This document shows positions 36,808 to 47,997 of a stretch of 64,000 nt of DNA, one piece after another; position 1 is the first letter of the stretch; each line of letters starts with the position of its first letter. The notes under the pieces are model-generated. The model searched no databases, was not told the origin of the DNA, and was given only the letters and a program-made list of their open reading frames with translations. Both the position numbers and the translations under genes were made by a program. The DNA comes from Blastocladiella emersonii ATCC 22665 (lineage: Eukaryota > Fungi > Blastocladiomycota), in contig JANHCV010000002.1 in the NCBI GenBank assembly GCA_025594325.1, forward strand, positions 2,356,001 through 2,420,000, in the 5' to 3' direction.

Positions 36808-38168
36808 ATGAATCATTCTCCAGACCAGCCCAAAATGACGCTCGAGGACCTGCCGCTTGACGCGCTCGAGAACATCCTGGCGCGGTGCGCGCCGCTCGAC
36901 GTGCTGAACGTGTCACGGCTCTCGCGCAAGTGGCACACGATGCTGTCAAACGCGGATGAAGATCTCTGGAACAGTCTCCTGCGCGCGCACGCATCGCAGT
37001 TCGCGCACGTCATCCTCGCCCGTGCGCGCAAGCTCCAGCTCAACGTCTCGCCGCGCGACCTCTACTTCGCGACCGTGTGCCGCACCCAGATCCACGCGTG
37101 GGGTGAGATGGCGCGCGAGGCCAACCCGCGCAACCCCGGCCACGTCCCCGTCGTCCTCAAGACGCCCAGAGGCGTATCCGAGCCGATCACGCAGCTCGCC
37201 ATGGGCGGGACCGCGCTGTACGTCGTTTACGGCGACGGAACTCTCGCGGTGCTCGGGCGCGTCGTTGATGATGCGGGCGAACAGCGCAACCGGCTCACGG
37301 TCATCCGCCGCGATGTGCGCCGCGTGGTTCCTGCGCGGTACGGCGTGGCGGTCCTCACCAAGAACGGGCGGTGGGTCAGGACTGACTTGTGGAAGAAGCG
37401 CGAGGAGTTTGAGCACTGGTCGAGCTGGGCGGGGTACGAGGAGGACGAGGACGACCTCGGCCCCGCGTCACTCATCGTCGGGTCGGGCTGGGAGCATGTC
37501 GTCACGTACGACGCGGCGAGCAAGCGGGTCGTCTCGTTCTGCTACGGCACGATATTCAAGGACACGTTCCCGCACCCAGGCGTCCGGTTCGTTGGAAACG
37601 TTGAGAGCGACTTGGTGGTGGCTACAGCGACGCACGTCTACCAACGCTCAGCCTACGCCGCCGATTCGGACCCCTGGCTCGAGGTGTTTGCCGTTGCGAC
37701 CTCTGGCCCGCGCGAGTCTATTGTCGAGCTCAACTGCTTCTTTCGTACCATTGGGGTCCGCACCACGCGTCGCGTGCTGTTCCTCAAGCCGGATAACCCG
37801 GCCCCACGCGAGTTGCCCGCTGGCGTGTGCAGCCTCGCGACGGGCGACTGGCACCACGGGTCATCACCGACGACGGGTCCGTGCACACGTGGGGCGCGCA
37901 CGCGAACGGCGCCAACGGGCACGAGCGTGGTTCCTTCAAAGAGCCCAAGCTCATGGCGTGCTTCGAGCAGGACCGCACCAAGGCCGTGATCCACCTCGCC
38001 ACGGGCGGGTGGTCTTCAGCTGCGCTGGTCGTCCCACTGGGCGGGTATCAGGACGCTGTGCGTGTCGAAGCAGAGGGGCTGGTCGAAGAACGCCCGACGC
38101 GGTTGTCGCAAGCGAGTCGGAGCAAGCGCAAGCGCATCATGTCCTCCCTGAAGAATCTGTTCAGTTGA
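36808..38168 (+). CDS. F-box + RCC1-like repeat protein with a frameshift near 37858-37860
   Basis: F-box LEDLPLDALENILARCAPLDVLNVSRLSRKWH. RCC1 repeat LATGDWHH-G-VITDDGSVHTWG is split across frames at a GGG run; one extra G restores it. Ends HLATGGWSSAALV...TGA. Confidence 0.75.
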
Positions 38169-39255
38169 CATAATCACGGGTAACGGAACGCTCGTGCGGG
38201 ACCTGTCCTAAAGTATGGAATAAAATCGATTGTTGTTTACAAGGGCGGTTTGGATCGAGCCCGTATGCGACGACTCAGCAAAGCAGGGTCACACTTGAAG
38301 TCGCGGCCAGTGCTTGCCACGACTGCAGGCGGCCCGCGGTTCGCGCTCTCCTTGCAGATTTCAAACATGCGAGAAGCCGAAGCGAGTCACGCGCGTCCAA
38401 AGTCCATAGCCGAATTTCGCTCGTGGCGCTCGCTAACGTACTCGCACAGAACACTTCACACGACGCGCTCAGCCATGTCGCAGCAAAGCGTAAAAGTCAA
38501 ACATGCAAATCTCACTAGACGAGTATTGTTTAAGCACGCAAGAGACACACATTCTGAGGTTCAGGAAGTGACGCGCCGCTCATCCGCACGTGGTGGCCCA
38601 GCCACACCAGCCGACCAGAATCGACAGCGCGGCTTGCTGCTCGGAACCGACTTCGTTCCCCTGCTGCTCCCTCACTCGCTTCCTGGGTATTGTTTGGACC
38701 TCGGAGACGTTTCATCGATCTTTGAGGTCTCGACGGGCTGTGCAAAGTTGACAGCTCGAATGCCGCGAATGGACCACGCTGCCCGCGCAAATATGGCCCT
38801 GGATCTTTCCGTTCTCAGTGGCATGCACGACCGTGCTGCCTTCCGCCGAAACAAGCTGATTTCGGCTCAAGTTGTTGCCGAGTCGAGCATGTTGCCTAGA
38901 ATGCGCGCTAGGTGAGCTTCAGCGGGGCGGAGGCAGTGCGTATGAGGTACTCGACCGCAAGTTGCGGGTCGCGTTCCTTGCGGAAAAGAGCTATGGCGGC
39001 CCGCGCGTTCCGCGGGGTCGCTCACAGCGGAACGACAAGTCGCGTGGGCGCGTCCGCACGATCAAGTGGGCGCTGGTCGTCTGCATCACAAAAACCGTCG
39101 CTCCCGACCTCTCGCCATCTTGCCCTCCCATCCTTGCCCTCCCATCGGCCTCCAAGTCAGCAATCACAGCACCGCGCTCGCGGCTATTTCCCGCAATACT
39201 AGCGATTGTTCAAAAATTCATGCTCTTTGTATCACGTTCGGCTCCACGATAACCA

Positions 39256-40314
39256 TTACTCGGACGCGACCGCAGCTGCAGTCGAGTCTGGGTCGGCTGC
39301 AGTCACCGCCCAGCCGTCGATAACGGTGGCGCACTGGTTAACGAGCCCGTTGAACGCCTCGGGCTGCTTGAACTCGTCGAGCGCGTTCTCGGCCACGGTG
39401 CGCGCCCTGCCGCCCTTGACGTCGACGAACTGGTGGTACGAGTGCAGCTCCTCGGGCAAGTGCTTGTTCGGCGGGACGTGGCAGTACGTCTCGGGGTTGC
39501 CGCCCTTGATCCGGGTGAGCAGCGACACAAAGGGGACTTGGCGGTCGAGTATCGACAGAAGCCGCTCCACTCGGTCCGCGAACGACGTTTCAATGATCGG
39601 CGCGAAGAAGCGGATGCGGTCGTTCCACGACGCATCGGCACCAAAGGCGCCCAGCGCCGCCGCGCCCATGCCCACGCCCAGCTGCATCGAGGGGCTGATG
39701 ACTTTCTGCGTGACAAAGCGCGCCAAGGTGCTGTTGGAGAACTTGCGCGCCAACCCCTTGTCGTCGGGCTTGCGCGACTGGATCAGGCGGCCCGCGAACA
39801 GGCCCATGGCGGCCAGCTCGGCAGCCGACCACACGTTGTCGGCGAACATGAAGAGCGGCGTGTTAATGGTGATCACGCCATCGAGTGCGATCTTGGCGCG
39901 CCAGTCGCCCGGGTGCGGGTGGATCTTGGGCGGGCGCAGCGCCTGCACGGCCTCGGCGGCCACAAGCCCACCCGTGCCCTGCCCGATCAGGATGACGTGC
40001 ACCTTCTTGATGCCGACCGCGTACCGGGCGATCTCGCGCACGAGCGCGTCCGCGGCGTCGGCGAGCGAGGTCAAGGGGTACTCGTCGAGGATGTACGTCT
40101 CGTAGCGGGCGCGCTCGGTCTTGAGCAGCAGGGCCTCGAGCTGCTTGGCAAAGTGCTCCATGCGCGTTGGGTCCTCCTCGTTCAGCTTGCGGATGAGGAA
40201 CACGACTCTGGCCACGTCGAGCTCCATGTGCGGCAGCGCGGCGCACACCGCGCGGGGCAGCATGATGGGCTGCGGGTAGGCGTCGCGTGCGGCGGGGCGG
40301 CGGTCTCCAGCCAT
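39256..40314 (-). CDS. Alpha/beta-hydrolase-fold protein (DUF676/PGAP1-like), apparently inactive
   Basis: VHVILIGQGTGGLVAAEA sits where GHSxGG is expected, followed by GVITINTP. Confidence 0.65.
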   Translation of the reverse strand: MAGDRRPAARDAYPQPIMLPRAVCAALPHMELDVARVVFLIRKLNEEDPTRMEHFAKQLEALLLKTERARYETYILDEYPLTSLADAADALVREIARYAVGIKKVHVILIGQGTGGLVAAEAVQALRPPKIHPHPGDWRAKIALDGVITINTPLFMFADNVWSAAELAAMGLFAGRLIQSRKPDDKGLARKFSNSTLARFVTQKVISPSMQLGVGMGAAALGAFGADASWNDRIRFFAPIIETSFADRVERLLSILDRQVPFVSLLTRIKGGNPETYCHVPPNKHLPEELHSYHQFVDVKGGRARTVAENALDEFKQPEAFNGLVNQCATVIDGWAVTAADPDSTAAAVASE

Positions 40315-40933
40315 GGTCGGTGGATGATTGTCGATACGTAGTAGACGTTTTTTGGGATGAGGGAGCGAGGATCGAGCGCGCGCGCTCTTTTCTGAAGCGC
40401 AGCTCCGTCGCCGCCGAGCAACAGTAAAAACCGAGTTTGCTTCCGCGCAGCCACGTGTGTTCGGACAGCACCGCGAAAGTCGCTCCGGATTCACGCACCC
40501 ACCTTGTCACCGGTGCTTCCTCGCATCGATTTGCGGAAAGCGCTCTCTGGAAGCCGAGTAGGGATGGCCTGTGTGATCCGAGTCTGATGCGGACGCGACT
40601 TCTCGACGCGTCGCTGCGCCACCACAGTAAGGAAGACGCGTCGCAGCGTGGAAAAGGAAGCTCGGAATGTGAGTTTGTGGAACATTGATACTGTACTGCG
40701 GATCCAGCACGAGGCCTGGCCGTTACTGTCGCAGGCACGCACCCCACCTTCAGCGCGAGCGCGAGCGATCCTTCTGTTCGTTTGGCGCGGAACAGTACAA
40801 GTCACATCGAGGCGTTGCGCGGCCTTGTAGTTTGCGCGAGCCTATAAATGCACCACCATCCCGCGCAGGACAGCCCGTTCTCTCTCTCAACACTCATTGA
40901 ATCGACGCAACGACCAACCCCCCCTCGCCCACC

Positions 40934-42250
40934 ATGCCCAACTCGGTCGCCATCTGCTTCGGCCTCAACTACCCCGGCACCAGCGGCTCGCTTGAGGGCT
41001 GCGACATGGACGCGTACACCATGTCGGACGTGGCCGCCAGCATGGGAATCGAGGATATCAACACTGTCACCGACACGGACGCGCCCATCACGCGCGAGCA
41101 GGTGCTCGGCAGCCTTCGCGAAATGGTTACCTCGGTATGCTGTCGCGATCACGAGAAGGTTTCCGCGCCCATGCTGACATGGTGTTTGCCCACTCGCTTC
41201 ACAACCATCTAGGCCCAACCCGGCGACACTCTCCTCTTTTCCTTTGCGGGCCACGGCGGCCAGACGGCCGACCAGAACGGCGACGAGGGCGACGGCAAGG
41301 ACGAGTTCATTCAGTGCTCGGACGGGCCCATCACGGACGACGAGATTCGCGCGATCCTCGCCGACCTGCCCGAGGGCGCCAACATGACCATGGTATGCGA
41401 TTCGTGTCGGTCGGGCACGATCGCCGACATCGATCTCGGCGACTCGGACATTGCCGGCAACGTCGTGGTCCTGTCGGCGACCGCCCCGCACGAGAACTCG
41501 GGCGACGACCCTGACGGCGGCCTGTTCTCCAACGCTCTCGCCAACGTGGTCGCCAACAACCCGGGCGTCACCTGGGCCGAGGTCGCTGAACTCATTGACG
41601 CGGCCGACGGCAGCGACACGCAGACGGCCAACGTGTCCGCGAACCGCCCCGAGCTGCTCTACGAGCCCGCCTTCGCGCCCGTCGCTGGCGAGGCACGCGA
41701 CGAGACCGAGGACGAGTCGGCCCCCGCCAGCGGGTCCATGGCCACCGAGGACCGCGACGGCGACGGGCGCCAAGAGCGCATCGTCGAGACGCTCGAGGAC
41801 GGCACCGTGGTCGAGCGCGTCGATATTGACGGCGACGGCGTGACCGACGTGACGGCGACGCACTACACGGACGGCACCACGATGCTCGAGCACGACATGA
41901 ACGGCGACGGGTACGCCGACACGGTCGCTATGTTTTCAGCTGAAGGCTCCGTCACCTACGTGAGCACGGACGCGCCCGTGTTCTCGGACGGTGCTGTGAG
42001 TGGCGACGGCTACCACGAGACGCGCCTCGAGACCAACCTTGACGGCACGCAGTCTATTGGCATCGACTACGACGGCGACGGTGTGCTCGAGACGAACGCG
42101 GACACCAACCACGACGGCCTGATCGATGGCGCCATGGACGTGAACCAGGACGGCGCCTCGGATCTCGTGCTCGGCACGAACCTCGCTGGCGCAGTCACTG
42201 ATCTTGCTGCGATTGCTGACATCAACATTGGTTGCGACATGTGCTGCTAA
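40934..42250 (+). CDS. Metacaspase (peptidase C14) with acidic DxDGDG-repeat C-terminal extension
   Basis: Exons 40934-41134 and 41213-42250. GLNYPG..LEGC..D, FSFAGHGGQ (His), GDEGDGKDE, ITDDEI, VCDSCRSGT (Cys). Confidence 0.9.
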
Positions 42251-42776
42251 CCGGCAATTTGCGTTGGGTGATGGCGGAACTGATCTTGTACTCGCAATAC
42301 ATCCACCTTCACATCAATCCCCTTGATCCCCTTTCCGCTTGGTAGTGGCTTGAAGTGGTCACGTTACATGACCTTCGCGCGAGCAAGTGCGATGTAACGC
42401 ACAGCTTCCGAACGCATCGCAGTGTCCCTGTTGATTAATCGCAATGCACTTAACGGCACCTTCGGGCAGCTGAAGTTGTCGCGAGGCCAACAAGCCCACC
42501 CGCATCCTTCGTTACCGTCTCGTCCGCTAATCCAGGGACTCGCGCAGCGTTCGCTGCGAGCCGTTTCTGAAGCGCTCGCGTTGATCTCCTGTCACCATTG
42601 AGCGGTGAACTAACCTCCTTGCACTCTTAGCTGAGAGCTTTCGTCCCCGTGAGAAGCCACAATCGAATCACTTTATTTGAACGAACGACATGCGAATGCG
42701 AAACTCGAACCACGAGTGTCCCAAAAAAAGCCCTTGCCGCTGGCGTGGGCGGGGGCGGGGGCGGCGGCGGCGTGTT

Positions 42777-44447
42777 CTACTCGACAGTTGACGAGGTGCG
42801 CGGCGGGAACTGCTGGCTAGCAGCGGCGCCGAACGAGATGTCGCGTGGCGAGGGCGGGAGCGGGAGCGCGGCCGTGGCGGCGGCGGCCACAACGACCGCA
42901 GGTTCTGCTTTCGATGCAACGGGAGAACGAACAGCCCCGGGTGTCAGTGCAGGCGGGTGAACGACGGGAGCCAGAACGGCCGGACATGCGAATGCGCGGC
43001 CCTGGAACGCGAGCCGGTCCTCGTACGAGCCATCAAAGTCGTTGGTCGCTGGCCCGTACTCGTCCGCGCACGCGTACTCGTTCTCGTCGGCGTAGTCGTG
43101 GTTGTGATTCTCGTAGATTTGCGCGTCGTCGCTGGGTTGATCGAGCTGATCCGCGACAGGCTCGAGGAAGGCCACAGCGCCGGCCGCCACGGCCCGTTCC
43201 TCGGGCGCGTACATCTCGAGCTGGTAGATCTCGGACTCGGGCTCGATCGCCGCCTCCTCCTCCTCTTCCTCCCCGAAGATCTCCTTCGCCACGCCGTGCA
43301 CCGCACGCGACACTTCGACCGTGGCAGCGACCGTCGCGCCGGCCCGATCCGTGACCGCGGCGTCCAGGTCGGCGGAGACGGGTTCATCGTCGTCAGTGCC
43401 CTCGGCGGGGTACACGACAACGACGGAGCGGAACGGGCAGTCGTCGGGCTCCTCGGTCTCGCCGGCATCGACGCGCGGCAGCACGACGCACGCGATGCGC
43501 GCCGTCTCGAGTTCCATGCGGAGGCGGGAACTGAGCCAGCGGATGGGCGGCTGCGCCGTGGACTCGTCGAAGCGCGTGTTGGGTGCGAGCCAGTCGAGGC
43601 GGTACAGCGGGTGCACGATGAAGACGCACGCGAACGCCATGACGAGCGCGGACACGGCGGTGCGCAGGCGCTTGATGTCGGGCCGCGACGCGTTGGCGTC
43701 GTCGTGGTTGCTTGCGAGCCCGCGCGCGCCCAGCACCTCCTGGACGGCGCCGACCAGCGCGTCGCGCAGAACGACGCGTTCGGCTGGCAGGTCGCGGTGC
43801 CCGAGCCCGTACTGCTCGCTGGACATGAAGTCGTGGTGCAGCGCCTTGGCGACGTCGCGCGACAGGTCGGTGCGGAACGTGTCGGCGAGCTGGTCGAACA
43901 CGGCGCGGTGGATCTCGGCGACGACGAACGTCTGCGCGTCGGCCGCAGCAACCTCGACGGCGAGCGGCTCGGGCTTGCCCACGAAGGCACACATAAAGTT
44001 GTCGCGCAAGTCGTTGGCGATCGTGTCGGCGACGTTCTGCATGACGGTCTCGTCGCGGTCGGCCAGCAGCGCGACGAGCGTCTCGGTGCGCGTCAGCGCC
44101 TTGGTCATGGCCGCATGCACGGTGCCGCGGTTGAATTCAATCGAGTCGAGGACGCGCGGCGGGTACACAACGGGCGCTGCGTGGTTGTTGGCGGCGGCGC
44201 TCGGAGCGGCTGCAGCGGAACCGCTGCCACCGGAGCGACTCGCAAACTGCTCGCCCGGCTGTCGCGTCGCCACAGAGGCCCGTGGCGACTGCTCGACGGA
44301 CTGGTCGGCGGGAGGCGGCGTCTTTGCGACAGCGTCAGGCGCCCTGGGCTTTCGTCGCAATGCGACCTTGAACCTTTTCAACGACGCCTTGGGCTTTTTC
44401 CATGAAAGCCGAGGCAGCGACAACGACAGGGACTTCATGGATTCCAT
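42777..44447 (-). CDS. Hypothetical protein (~556 aa), shares a C-terminal domain with 32670-34022
   Basis: Likely start MESMKSLSLSL at 44447; VHPLYRLDWLAPNTRFDE...RIACVVLPRV; acidic tail. Confidence 0.7.
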   Translation of the reverse strand: MESMKSLSLSLPRLSWKKPKASLKRFKVALRRKPRAPDAVAKTPPPADQSVEQSPRASVATRQPGEQFASRSGGSGSAAAAPSAAANNHAAPVVYPPRVLDSIEFNRGTVHAAMTKALTRTETLVALLADRDETVMQNVADTIANDLRDNFMCAFVGKPEPLAVEVAAADAQTFVVAEIHRAVFDQLADTFRTDLSRDVAKALHHDFMSSEQYGLGHRDLPAERVVLRDALVGAVQEVLGARGLASNHDDANASRPDIKRLRTAVSALVMAFACVFIVHPLYRLDWLAPNTRFDESTAQPPIRWLSSRLRMELETARIACVVLPRVDAGETEEPDDCPFRSVVVVYPAEGTDDDEPVSADLDAAVTDRAGATVAATVEVSRAVHGVAKEIFGEEEEEEAAIEPESEIYQLEMYAPEERAVAAGAVAFLEPVADQLDQPSDDAQIYENHNHDYADENEYACADEYGPATNDFDGSYEDRLAFQGRAFACPAVLAPVVHPPALTPGAVRSPVASKAEPAVVVAAAATAALPLPPSPRDISFGAAASQQFPPRTSSTVE

Positions 44448-44839
44448 AGTGACAGATCGTTGCGACAAGTTCCGTAGTGTATGAGGCGCGCAAACGCTGG
44501 CGGTGATGCATGGGAGAGCGAGTGACGAAGCGAACAGTAACGCGAGCGCGACGCACGGCAACCGTGTGTGGCGAAGGCGAGCGGAGGCGGCCCGCTTTCG
44601 CTGCGGATTTCGCCTAGACTCGTGCTTCGTGATTCCGGAATTCATAACGTTCCAATGAAAGGAGAAGGGGGCAAGGCTGCTGCGGTGAGGAAGAGAGTGG
44701 AGTGCGCGGTGCTCGTGATGGCGGCGTTGATGGACGCGCGCGCGATCCCTGGTGCGAAGAGTTCGATGCTGAGAGAGAGTTACGAGCACAAGAGATGGTA
44801 TCTATGATGTATAGGTATCTTTGCAAACATGCGGGCGGC

Positions 44840-46715
44840 CTAAGTGTTGCCAGGGCCGGGGCGCGCAAACGGATTGAATTGCGCGCTTCCGATGTACTCG
44901 AGCAACCCGCCGCTGGGCCCGCGGTTGGTCCCGTCAAACGCGCGCACGCGGATCTCCGAGTCGGTGATGAGCAGGTCGAACGGGAACTTCGTGTCGGCAG
45001 CGTACAGATTGGGCGTCATGTTGCAGGGGAACTGGACCGTCAGGATGGGCCTGCACGTCTCGTCGATGAACTGCGGGACCTCGGGCGAGCGCGACACGTA
45101 CACCGTGAACAGGACCTCGGTCTGGTGCGGGCCCGACGGGTGCAGGTACTTGCGCACCGGCACGTTGAGCGGCAGATCCCCGTTGATCTTGATGATCGGG
45201 TAGAAAATCTTGATGCGCGCTTCGATGCCCTCGCCCTCGACATACTTTTCGTGGCCGGGAAACTGGCAGTACGCCGACCGCCGGTACACGGTCGCCACCT
45301 CGAGCCCGTACGAGTGCCGCGCGCGCCGCCTTGACATGACCTCCGGGTTGAGGCCGTACAGCAGCGCGCCGCGCACCACGGCGCTGGCGCCGGACGGGTC
45401 AAAGTAGATGTCGAACCCGCGCCCGCTGAACTCGGCGGTCACGCGCTCCTGCATGTACGTCATCTGCGCGAACCCGCCGACGCACACGAGATGCGTGATG
45501 GGCCGCCTGGCCTTACGGCACTTGGCGAGCATCTCCTCGGCCACGGCCACGATCGTCGGGAACACGGTGTCGAAGCAGTCGATGATGTCCTGCCCCGTGA
45601 ACCGCAGCTTGCCGGTCGCGGGGGCGAGCACGTTTGCCTGCTCCAGCTGCATGATCTTCGGGAGGGCGAGCGCCGCCATGAGCTGCGGGTGGATGGAGAT
45701 GCGGTACGACGCGTCAGCGTCGCCCTCGAACCCGTGCTTGACGCGCATCCACTGCTGGTGCAGGTGATCAGCGACGACTGGATACCGCCGCACCGTCGCG
45801 TCGTAGGTGTCGTCGCCAACGAGCGCGCGGATGAACTGCACGAACGCGTCGTCGAAATGCGTGGAGCCGGCGGTGCAGCCCTCACCAGGCGCGATCTCGG
45901 TCATGTTGAACCCGTGCCACGAGGTGCCGCTGCTGAGCTCGAACGCGGCCAGGTCGACGGTACCACCGCCCATGTCGAGAAGCAGCACGCGCGCGCCGGC
46001 CCGCAGGTAGTTGCTGGTGATGGCGACATTGAGCAGCGCGGCCTCGGGCTCGAGGCAGAACTTGAGCCGCGGCGACGCCGTACCCCGGATCATGCTGGCC
46101 ATGACGGCGGCCGTGCGCATCGTGTCCTTGGCGCGGTCCGATCACATGGTGGGGATGGTCATGCACCAGATGATCTTGGAGCGGTCGACGTTTTCCCACC
46201 CGGCCTGCGCGAGGCGCGACTCGACGTCGTCGAGCAGGTAGATCAAAAGGTCCGAGATCACACGGCAGGCGTCGATCGGGAGCAGCTGCATGTTCGGGTC
46301 GTGGTAGGTGCGGTCCTCAGCCAGCAGCAGCTTGACGCGGCGGATCAGCTTGTACACGGTGTTGTTGTTCTCGTCCGCCAGCATGACCTTGAGCGCCGTG
46401 TTGCCGCGCGCCACGGGCGACGCGTGCAGGTCGTACAGCACCGCCGACAGCGTCTTCGGGTACCGGGAGCTGTCGTCGGGCCAGGACGTGATGACGTTGA
46501 TGTTGTAGCCGATCTCGCCCACCTGCCTGCGCATGAGGACCTCCTCGAGCTGCACCGTCGGCAGCGCCAACCCCGAGTGCGACGTGCCAAAGTCTGTTAA
46601 AAAATGATGCACGCTCTGTTGTTAGCTGCGAATCGGTGCTGGGCGCAAGGCGGGCACGCGGTGCCGTACCAACGGCAATGGCAAGGTGTTTCTCCTGGTC
46701 CGTAGCCGTGGTCAT
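44840..46715 (-). pseudogene. HSPA12-like atypical Hsp70 (actin-like ATPase fold) with an in-frame TGA at a conserved Trp
   Basis: Exons 46715-46670 and 46593-44840. AIAV|DFGTSHSG, YPKTLSAVLY, IIWCMTIPTM*SDRAKDTMRTAA (TGA at 46144-46142), LEPEAA, LLDMGGGTVD, CVGGFAQ, AVVRGALLYG. Confidence 0.8.
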
Positions 46716-47479
46716 GGTGGTTGTTACGTTGCAGTGTGCTATTTAGTGCATTGCTTCAAGGGGGGAAAAGGGATCAGTGGCGGGTGGCGGGTGGCCGGTG
46801 GCGGCATCGCTTTTCTGCACGCAGAACAGTAAAATCTGAAGCGTAGCTGGCGTGGTCGGCGTCCGTGCATCGGTTCGCACATCGCGTCCTCCAATCAGAG
46901 GTGACTGTTCCAGGTGACGGAAGTGACAGGAATTTTCATGGAATCCCAGTCCGTGGCGCAACGCGTCTCGCGGACTGTATCGCGGGCCACGCGCTCTGCG
47001 CTTCACAGTATGACGCGACTCAATTGCCGTAGAACTCTTGGGATTGCGGTCAGGAAAGCAAATCAAGTCCACGTTCGCCGAACCGCGTGCTGGTCGCCAT
47101 GTCGCGTTCTGCCGCTGCCTTCGCGCCGACCATAACAAAGGCCAGCAGGGCGTCAACAGTGTGAATGACAGTCGTGCAGCGTTTCGCTCTCAAACGAAAA
47201 CCTTGGGGTGGGATGTGGCTTGGAAGTGCTTACTTCATGCACTGCACCAAGTGAAAGGCGTAAAAGAACGGTAGGGATTGCAAACGAAGACTTGGGAGGA
47301 AGAAGTTCCGTCCACTCAAGCCGCTTCCGCTGGCTGCGTTTCTGGACGCGTCGCTCATCTCGATGCGGCTCATCGAGGGCGCGCCAATCGAACGTTCGTT
47401 CTCAAGCCCTAGCTTCTCATTCTCGTTTAATCAGTGAGCTCGTAAATACATGGAACAAACCGATTGCATTCGATGTTAA

Positions 47480-47971
47480 TCAATAATGAGCTTCATGCGA
47501 CTTCATCTGCGGGGGGAGATACAGCGTCTCCGTGTCGGCGCGATCGCGCACCACGCGAACCCCGCCCGGCAAGTGGTCCTGGTGCACCCCATACTCTTCG
47601 TTCACGGCCGTCGTCGGCGTGCTGGGCCCGAGCGTGCTCCCGTCTGTGGACGGCCACGTCGCCGCGTTGCGGCTCGTTGCACGGTGGTCCTCGACGAGCG
47701 TGTGCAGCAGCAGGTCGCGCTGCGCGCGGTCGAGGCGGTGGGCCTTGGCGCGGCGGCGGAAGACGACGACACTTGCAGCGAGAGCTGCGAGCACGACGAC
47801 GCCGCCAACGCTCGCGCCAATGATGGCGGCCACCGGTGCCGCATTGCCCTGCCCGGCCGCTTCCGACGACGTGGAAGTGCTCTCGGGCGGCTTGTTGTTC
47901 GACGGCGTGTAGCTGGACACCCACGCGAAAGCAAGTTCGTCGCCCTTGGGTGTAATCTTGACGGCACTCAT
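47480..47971 (-). pseudogene. C-terminal remnant of a single-pass membrane protein, apparently cut by the viral insertion
   Basis: S/T linker, TM helix AAIIGASVGGVVVLAALAASVVVF, RRR stop-transfer and cytoplasmic tail. No signal peptide or ectodomain; the upstream frame runs into the palindrome and closes at ~48014. Confidence 0.6.
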
Positions 47972-47997
47972 TGAAGTATCCTTATAAGGATACTTCA
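47972..47997. repeat. Perfect 26-bp palindrome TGAAGTATCCTTATAAGGATACTTCA at the host/virus junction
   Basis: The sequence equals its own reverse complement, checked base by base. Confidence 0.97.

Noticed and set aside
38200-39250. Gene or transposon between the F-box and hydrolase genes
   Set aside because: No recognisable domain, terminal repeats or coding bias.
46142-46144. TGA reassigned to Trp genome-wide
   Set aside because: TGA clearly terminates several genes here (686, 6864, 18630, 28853).
447-47974. Many long overlapping ORFs on alternate frames or strands (e.g. 16876-18759 -, 21480-23369 +, 42957-44405 +, 11071-12375 -)
   Set aside because: These are shadow ORFs from high GC. 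They are R/A/G/P-rich with no motifs and lie opposite well-supported genes.
47960-47975. Target-site duplication
   Set aside because: It cannot be called without the right junction, and the exact left end (47972 or 47975) is unresolved.
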